Origin: Candidatus Latescibacterota bacterium
GTDB lineage: Bacteria > Latescibacterota > UBA2968 > UBA8231
NCBI GenBank assembly: GCA_965217585.1
Contig: OZ244561.1
Coordinates: forward strand, 4,352,001 to 4,416,000
Length of the DNA stretch: 64,000 nt
Reading direction: 5' to 3'
Every line of letters begins with the position of its first letter. Position 1 is the stretch's first letter. Position numbers and translations under genes: made by a program. This document shows, one piece after another, positions 57,950-64,000 of this stretch. The notes beneath the pieces were generated by a model. The model did no database searches and had not been told where the DNA came from. It saw nothing but the letters and a program-made list of their open reading frames with translations.

Positions 57950-58408
57950 CTAAGCCGATATATCGAGCAGGGCCTCTTCGTCGGCTAGGGCGTAGCCCTG
58001 TTCGAGCAGGTCGGCGAGGGTTGTGCGCGATAAAATTTGATCAACGGCCTGCTGCACTTGCCCCCACAGCGCGCGCACCGAACACGCGGTGAGCGAGTGC
58101 GTGCAGCAATCCGCGCTGCCGGAGAAGTGATCGCAGAAGTCGTCGTCGAAGAGGCGACCGCCCAGCGTGACGAGCGCGTCGGCCACGGCGATTTGGTGGG
58201 GAGGCTTGGTGAGGGCGTAGCCGCCTTGCTGGCCGCGGGCACTTGCCACAAAGCCGCCTTGCCGGAGAATGCGCAAGAGCTTGGCGACGTTGTGATGGGT
58301 GATGCCCTCAGCTTGGCTGATTTCCGGGATGGTCAGGCTGCCGGGGGTCTGGCGGGCCAGTTGCAACAGGCAGCGCAAACCGTATTCTTCGCTCGAGCTG
58401 AGTTTCAT
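57950..58408 (-). CDS. Rrf2 family transcriptional regulator (IscR/SufR-like)
   Basis: EEYGLRCL, V.S.RGQQGGYAL and Cys cluster FC...CC....C. Confidence 0.9.
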   Translation of the reverse strand: MKLSSSEEYGLRCLLQLARQTPGSLTIPEISQAEGITHHNVAKLLRILRQGGFVASARGQQGGYALTKPPHQIAVADALVTLGGRLFDDDFCDHFSGSADCCTHSLTACSVRALWGQVQQAVDQILSRTTLADLLEQGYALADEEALLDISA

Positions 58409-58499
58409 AAGAATCTCTCCACTGAGCAGAGGTCAGTAGCCAGTGGCCCCGGTAGGGAAGAGACTGGCTACCGGCCACTGATCACTAACCACTGCTTCT

Positions 58500-58838
58500 C
58501 TACATCATGCCTAGTTCGAGTTTGGCCCCTTCGGTCATCATGTCGATCGTCCACGGCGGATCCCACACGACCTCGACCAAAGTCGTGGCGATGCCCGGGA
58601 CATGGGCCTTGATTTTGTGCTCGATTTCCGGCGGCAGCGTGCCGGCTACCGGACAGGCGGGCGAGGTCAAGGTCATGGTCACGTGGACGTCCTGCGAATC
58701 GCTGACCTCAATTTCGTAGATCAGGCCGAGGGCAAAGATATCGACCGGAATCTCGGGGTCGTAGCAGGTCTTGAGCACGGCCACCACTTTGGCCTCGGTA
58801 GAGTCGGTGGGAAAGGTTTTTTCGTGCAACAGTTCCAT
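58500..58838 (-). CDS. sufT: SufT/DUF59 Fe-S cluster assembly protein
   Basis: DPEIPVDI..LGLIY, MTLTSPACP and WDPPW motifs. Confidence 0.9.
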   Translation of the reverse strand: MELLHEKTFPTDSTEAKVVAVLKTCYDPEIPVDIFALGLIYEIEVSDSQDVHVTMTLTSPACPVAGTLPPEIEHKIKAHVPGIATTLVEVVWDPPWTIDMMTEGAKLELGMM

Positions 58839-58866
58839 GGCGGACTCCTTTTTAGATGGCGCGTTT

Positions 58867-59319
58867 CTATTCGGTGGATGCGGGAGACGGGTTTTGTTCT
58901 ATGGCCGCTTTGGCGGCGTGCCAAGCGAGGGTCGCGCACTTGACGCGCATGGGAAACTCGCGCACCCCAGAGAAGATGGCCATCTTGCCCAAGGTTTGGT
59001 GATCGACGGGCGCGTCCGGCTCTGCGGTCACCATCTGCTGGAACTGCTGAAACAGTTCGACCGCCTCGTCGGGCCGCTTGCCCTTGAGGGCGGTGGTCAT
59101 CAGCGAAGCCGAGGCTTTGGAAATGGCGCAACCCGACCCTTCAAAGCTAATGTCGGCAATCCGCTCGTCGGCCATGTGGAGATAGATGTGCAAGTGGTCG
59201 CCGCACAGGGGATTGTAGCCCTCTTGCGTACGATTGGCCTCCGGCAGCTTGCCGAAGTTGCGCGGATTTTTGTTGTGATCGAGGATGATCTGCTGGTATA
59301 GCTCGCGAAGCTCAGTCAT
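58867..59319 (-). CDS. sufU: SufU Fe-S scaffold/sulfur transfer protein
   Basis: LYQQIILDH..NPRN, NPLCGD, GCAISKASAS and RVKCATL.WH motifs. Confidence 0.93.
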   Translation of the reverse strand: MTELRELYQQIILDHNKNPRNFGKLPEANRTQEGYNPLCGDHLHIYLHMADERIADISFEGSGCAISKASASLMTTALKGKRPDEAVELFQQFQQMVTAEPDAPVDHQTLGKMAIFSGVREFPMRVKCATLAWHAAKAAIEQNPSPASTE

Positions 59320-59363
59320 AGTTGAAGTGCCTCATTGATGTTGTATAAGCCACTACCCGTTCC

Positions 59364-60593
59364 TTATCCCCCAAACACCTTCTTGACCTTGTGCAACGCC
59401 GCGACTAGGGCGTCAATTTCCGCGCGCGTGTTGTAAAAAGCCAACGAGGCGCGCACCGTAGCGGGCACTTGGTAAAACTGCATGGTCGGCTGGGCACAAT
59501 GGTGGCCGGCGCGCACGGCAATGCCCTCGGCGTCGAGGACGGTGCCGATGTCGTGCGGGTGGATGTCGCCGAGTATGAAGGAGAGGACGGCCACACGCTC
59601 GCGGGCCGTGCCAATCAGGCGCAGGCCCGGGATGGCGGCGAGAGCGGCGTCTGCGTACGCGAGCAAGTCGGCCTCGTACGCGGCGATCTGCTCCCGCCCT
59701 ACGGAGTTGACGTAATCAATGGCGGCCTCCAAGCCCATGCCGCCGGCGATGTGCGGCGTGCCGGCCTCAAAGCGAGCCGGCGGGGCGGCATACGTGGTGC
59801 CGGCAAAGCTGACCTTTTCGATCATGGAGCCGCCGCCTTCATAGGGCGGCATGGCGTGTAAAAGGGCCTGCTTGCCGTAGAGCACACCGATGCCGGTGGG
59901 GCCGAAGAGCTTGTGCCCGGAAAAGGCGTAGAAGTCGCAGTCGAGGTCCTGCACGTCCACTGGCAAGTGGGGCACTCCTTGCGCTCCATCGACGACGACG
60001 ACTGCGCCGTGCTGATGGGCCAAGGCGGCGATTTCCTTTACCGGCAGGATGGTGCCGAGGGCGTTGGAAGCGTGGGCGATGGCCACGATGCGGGTGCGCT
60101 CGGACAGCAGGCGCTCGTATTCGTCGAAGAGGAACTCGCCCGTATCGCTGATGGGCACTACCCGCAGGCGCGCGCCCTTTTCTTCGCACAGCATTTGCCA
60201 CGGCACGATGTTGGAGTGGTGCTCTAGCTGCGAGACGATGATCTCGTCGCCGGGGCCTAGCTGCGATCGGCCATAGCTGTGGGCGACGAGATTGAGCGCC
60301 TCGGTGGTGCCGCGCACGAAGACGACCTCGCTGTTTTCGCGGGCGTTGATAAACTGGCCGACTCGGCCGCGCGCTCGCTCATAGGCAAAGGTAGCCTGTT
60401 GGCTGAGGAAGTGAACGCCGCGATGGATGTTGGAGTTTTCGCGGGCGTAGTAGCGCTGGAGCGCGTAGATGACCGTCAGCGGCTTTTGGGTGGTCGCGCC
60501 GTTGTCGAAATAGACTAGATCCTTGCCGCGAATTTTCTCGCCGAGCACGGGGAAGTCGCGGCGGATTTTGGCTACGTCAAAGGAAGCGGTCAC
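59364..60593 (-). CDS. sufS: Cysteine desulfurase SufS
   Basis: YFDNGATTQKP, EHHSNIVPW, FSGHK.FGPTGIG, RFEAGTP and RAGHHCA motifs. Confidence 0.95.
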   Translation of the reverse strand: MTASFDVAKIRRDFPVLGEKIRGKDLVYFDNGATTQKPLTVIYALQRYYARENSNIHRGVHFLSQQATFAYERARGRVGQFINARENSEVVFVRGTTEALNLVAHSYGRSQLGPGDEIIVSQLEHHSNIVPWQMLCEEKGARLRVVPISDTGEFLFDEYERLLSERTRIVAIAHASNALGTILPVKEIAALAHQHGAVVVVDGAQGVPHLPVDVQDLDCDFYAFSGHKLFGPTGIGVLYGKQALLHAMPPYEGGGSMIEKVSFAGTTYAAPPARFEAGTPHIAGGMGLEAAIDYVNSVGREQIAAYEADLLAYADAALAAIPGLRLIGTARERVAVLSFILGDIHPHDIGTVLDAEGIAVRAGHHCAQPTMQFYQVPATVRASLAFYNTRAEIDALVAALHKVKKVFGG

Positions 60594-61882
60594 GGGGCAA
60601 CTCCGGCGGCGGCTTGGTCCAGCCGACGGTCGACTAGCTGGTTGAGCTGGTTTTTAAGGGTGGGGACGCGCACGCGGTCGAGGACCTCGCCGGCGAAGGC
60701 CCGCGTCAGCACCCGGACAGCCTCGCGGTGGCCGATGCCTCGGGAGCGCAAGTAAAAGAGGGCGTCTTCGTCGAGCTGGCCGATGGTAGCTCCGTGCGAA
60801 CACTTGACGTCGTCGGCGTAGATTTCGAGTTGGGGCTTGGTGTTGATTTGCGCCGTCTCCGAGAGTAGGAGGTTTTGGTTGGCTTGATAGGCGTCGGTTT
60901 TTTGCGCGGCTTGGTGAACGTGGATCTTGCCGCGGAAGACGCCGGTGGCGCGGCCGCCGAGGATGCCTTTGTAGAATTCGTGGCTCTGGCAGTGGGGCTG
61001 GGCGTGTTCGATGAGCGTGTGGTTATCGACGTGTTGCGCTCCGTCCTCGATGTAGAGGCCGTTGAGGGTGGAGTCAACGCCTTCGCCTACTAAGGAGGTG
61101 TGGACGTGGTGGCGGGTCAGGCGTCCTCCCAAGGTGATGGCGGTCGAGCGGAATTGGGCGGCGCGTTCTTCGCGGACGTGGGTCGCCGCGACGTGGAAGG
61201 CGGCGGCGGACTCGCGCTGGACCCGGTAGTGGTCGAGCACGACGTTGGGGCCGACGAAGAATTCGCTGACGCTGTTGGTCAGATACGGTTCTGACCCTAA
61301 ACCGACGTAGCTTTCGACTAGGATCGCTTGGGTGTTGGCTTCGGCGACCACGAGGACGCGCGGATGGGAGACGACGTTGGCGCGTTGGCCGGTGGAGACA
61401 AACAGCAAGTGGATGGGCTGCTCGACGACGGCTCCCCGAGGCAGATAGACGACCGCACCGTCTTGCAAGAAGGCGGTGTTGAGCGCGGTGAAGGCCGCGT
61501 CCTCGGTAGCGGCGGCCTGGCCTAGGGCCGCCGAGACTAGGTCGCCGTTTGAGGCGATGGCTTCGCTCAAACGCTCGACGCGCACACCGGCGGATAGGCC
61601 GTTGAGTTGGGAATGCGCGAGGGCGAAGTGGCCATCGACAAAGACCAGCCCGTTGAGGCCGTAGCGGTAGTCGTCGAGAACGACAGGTGCCGTCGTGGAA
61701 TCGGCTAGCGCAAAGTTGATCCGAGTTAGCGGGGCAATGTTCGTAAAAGCCCACTCCTCGTCTTTGGTCGTCGGAAAGCCAGCAGCGGCGAAGTGCTCAA
61801 TGGCCTTTTGACGCAGCGGCAGCAGCGCACCTGTGCCGACGAGGTCTTTAAAGCACGACTGATAATGGGCGACGCCGTTCAT
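60590..61882 (-). CDS. sufD: Fe-S cluster assembly protein SufD
   Basis: [42 protein letters not shown] and LFYLRSRGI motifs. Confidence 0.95.
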   Translation of the reverse strand: MNGVAHYQSCFKDLVGTGALLPLRQKAIEHFAAAGFPTTKDEEWAFTNIAPLTRINFALADSTTAPVVLDDYRYGLNGLVFVDGHFALAHSQLNGLSAGVRVERLSEAIASNGDLVSAALGQAAATEDAAFTALNTAFLQDGAVVYLPRGAVVEQPIHLLFVSTGQRANVVSHPRVLVVAEANTQAILVESYVGLGSEPYLTNSVSEFFVGPNVVLDHYRVQRESAAAFHVAATHVREERAAQFRSTAITLGGRLTRHHVHTSLVGEGVDSTLNGLYIEDGAQHVDNHTLIEHAQPHCQSHEFYKGILGGRATGVFRGKIHVHQAAQKTDAYQANQNLLLSETAQINTKPQLEIYADDVKCSHGATIGQLDEDALFYLRSRGIGHREAVRVLTRAFAGEVLDRVRVPTLKNQLNQLVDRRLDQAAAGVAP

Positions 61883-62628
61883 GCCGCTTGCTCCTTGACC
61901 CAATCGTAGCCCTTTTCCTCTAGCGTCAGCGCCAATTCCTTGCCGCCCGACTGGGCGATGCGTCCCTCGTAGAGCACGTGGACGAAGTCGGGGATTATGT
62001 AGTTGAGCAGGCGCTGGTAGTGAGTAACGACGACGACGGCTTTGTCTGGAGCGTGGAGTTGATTGACGCCTTGGGCGACGATCCGCAGCGCGTCGATGTC
62101 GAGGCCGGAGTCGGTCTCGTCGAGGATCGAGAGCTTGGGTTCCAACACGGCCATCTGCAAGATTTCGTGGCGCTTTTTCTCGCCGCCGGAAAAGCCTTCG
62201 TTGACCGACCGCTTGAGGAAGCTCTCGTCCATTTCCACCAAGGCGAGCTTTTCGCGGATTAGGCCGAGGAAGTCGAAGGCGTCGAGTTCCTCCTCGCCGT
62301 TTTGCTTGCGGAGTTCGTTATAGCTTTGGCGGAGGAAGTACGTGGAGTTGACGCCGGGGATTTCCACCGGGTACTGAAAGGCGAGGAATAGCCCGGCACA
62401 CGCCCGCTCTTCCGGCGCGAGTTCGAGCAAATCTTGGCCGCAGTACGTGGCCGACCCTTCGGTGATGTCGTAGCCCTCGCGGCCGGCGAGGACTTGCGCG
62501 AGGGTGCTTTTGCCCGAGCCGTTGGGGCCCATAATGGCGTGGATTTCGCCGGGTTCTACTGCTAGATTGACACCGCGCAGGATGGGGGTGTCTTCAACGG
62601 CGACGTGGAGGTTTTCGATGTAGAGCAT
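61879..62628 (-). CDS. sufC: Fe-S cluster assembly ATPase SufC
   Basis: [44 protein letters not shown] and THYQRLL motifs. Confidence 0.97.
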   Translation of the reverse strand: MLYIENLHVAVEDTPILRGVNLAVEPGEIHAIMGPNGSGKSTLAQVLAGREGYDITEGSATYCGQDLLELAPEERACAGLFLAFQYPVEIPGVNSTYFLRQSYNELRKQNGEEELDAFDFLGLIREKLALVEMDESFLKRSVNEGFSGGEKKRHEILQMAVLEPKLSILDETDSGLDIDALRIVAQGVNQLHAPDKAVVVVTHYQRLLNYIIPDFVHVLYEGRIAQSGGKELALTLEEKGYDWVKEQAA

Positions 62629-62667
62629 GACGTGCTTTCGGTTAGGGTTGTAATGCTATGGGTTTGT

Positions 62668-63144
62668 TTAGCCCTTCAATGCTTTTGTCAGTGGCGAGCC
62701 GCATCTCACCAGTTTAATCGGCACCGGCTTCCTGCGGAAAACGACGTGGTTGACAGATTTTAGAAAACCGTCGCGCTCAATGCGGTGAAGCTCGCCGCCG
62801 TACGCTGCGACAGGGCGAAATCTGACTTGGACATTCTGCGGAAGCAGTTTATCCGCAATATCGGCACCTGCGCGTAGCTGGGGCAGGAACTTGCTGACCC
62901 GAGCGGAACTTGCGGTCAATTCTACTGGTGCAACCCACGGTGCTCTGTTTGCGTTACTGCCTCCGATGAACAAGAAATCGCAATGTGCCTGATTTGCTTT
63001 AACCGGCGCGGCCTCGTGTTCCAAGCTGATTAGGACCGATGGTTCGGGCGCGCCCTCCAGCGATAGGGAGCAGCTTCCGTCTCGGCATACAGTTGTGTGG
63101 CATCGCATATCGGTTCTTTCCCGGACGATTCTTACTATCGACAC
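62668..63144 (-). CDS. Uncharacterised protein coupled to an ATPase (possible PD-(D/E)xK-like fold)
   Basis: HCDFLFIG...VAPVELT...QL..GA; 5 bp downstream of the ATPase. Confidence 0.6.
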   Translation of the reverse strand: MSIVRIVRERTDMRCHTTVCRDGSCSLSLEGAPEPSVLISLEHEAAPVKANQAHCDFLFIGGSNANRAPWVAPVELTASSARVSKFLPQLRAGADIADKLLPQNVQVRFRPVAAYGGELHRIERDGFLKSVNHVVFRRKPVPIKLVRCGSPLTKALKG

Positions 63145-63149
63145 TGATA

Positions 63150-64000
63150 TTACCCCTCTTGAATGCGGGCGGAAATTTCTGCCCAGCGATTGTAGAGGGA
63201 TTCAGTGACCAAGCCGAAGCCAGCCGGAAAGGTTGCCGACTCGGTATCGAGCGAAATTTCTCGCACCACGGAACCTCTCCCTTCCGAACTCGGCTCGAAG
63301 AACCACGCTCCTAATTGATCGGGACTGAGCACTATATCTGCATTATCAATGCCCTCGCGCCGCTCCTCGGGAAGTTCTGCTAAGCGAACCAGATTGGCCA
63401 ACTCTTCCAGTACCCATTCGCTGTGGGTGGTAATGATGATTCGGATACCAGACTGCACGGCTGCTGCGAGTTGACGGGTGAACTCCACCTGCATGGCCGG
63501 ATGCAGGTGGGATTCGGGTTCTTCAATGATGAGCAGGTCGCCTAGCTGAACGACATGACGTAGGTATAGCACTACAGGTGCTAACTCCGACACCATGGAT
63601 GATGCATTCATCAAGGGCAAATCTCGCTTCCAGCCATTCGGTCGAAAGACAAACGAAGGGTAGTCGATTGGCGACTGTTCGACGCGGACGGCCCCCCGTA
63701 GTAGCGTCTGTTCCAAGCGCTGTGCGAGGTTATCGTAATTTTTATGGTGTGCCCGTCGCGATGAACCGGCCAACGCAACAAGCTGTTCCATAAAGTCGCC
63801 GAGAACTCCAGAAAGTACTGGCATGGGAGAATCCGGTCGTAGCGCAGCCCGCGATGCTCTCGCTATCAAAGATCGCACGACCACTTGATGTGCGTGCATT
63901 ACACCAGCGCGGTCGGCGGGAAGGTAATGCGCGGGGCGAGACAATGGGCCGGCGATATCTGAAGCAATGTCGCTAGCAAGAGTGCAAAGCAGGTCCTCTA
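63150..64000 (-). CDS. C-terminal part of an AAA_15/AAA_21-type ATPase (5' end outside the window)
   Basis: YLPADRAG, SSMVSELAP, LIIEEPESHLHP and ITTHS motifs. Confidence 0.88.
   Translation of the reverse strand, partial: EDLLCTLASDIASDIAGPLSRPAHYLPADRAGVMHAHQVVVRSLIARASRAALRPDSPMPVLSGVLGDFMEQLVALAGSSRRAHHKNYDNLAQRLEQTLLRGAVRVEQSPIDYPSFVFRPNGWKRDLPLMNASSMVSELAPVVLYLRHVVQLGDLLIIEEPESHLHPAMQVEFTRQLAAAVQSGIRIIITTHSEWVLEELANLVRLAELPEERREGIDNADIVLSPDQLGAWFFEPSSEGRGSVVREISLDTESATFPAGFGLVTESLYNRWAEISARIQEG

Overview
GC-rich bacterial chromosome segment. Its gene content (DUF6785-type membrane proteins, FlgD-Ig/CTD-bearing secreted proteins, sulfatase, PhyH and enolase-superfamily enzymes) suggests an FCB-superphylum organism such as Candidatus Latescibacterota; this is inference only. 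It contains selB, many catabolic enzymes, a CsgG/FlgT-like-exbB-exbD-exbD operon and most of a suf operon (no sufB in the window). There is also a YefM/YoeB-type toxin-antitoxin pair, a tnpB-only IS200/IS605 element inside a decayed DASS transporter, a 78-bp MITE, and several genes broken by deletions or frameshifts. Two candidate undescribed systems stand out. (1) A ~17 kb envelope operon (45201-28122) has three tandem paralogous 885-1040 aa proteins with Asp-rich repeats, a ~1080 aa TPR protein, DUF4159, lipoproteins and a scar of an exbB paralog; it is flanked by two CTD-bearing secreted paralogs that share an upstream motif. (2) A CARF-like sigma-54 activator is followed by a -24/-12 promoter, a structured leader, two unannotated 24/29-aa peptide genes with strong SDs (one Fst/PepA1-like), an AAA/DUF3696 ATPase and a putative nuclease. 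Family calls come from motif recognition by eye; no database searches were run.
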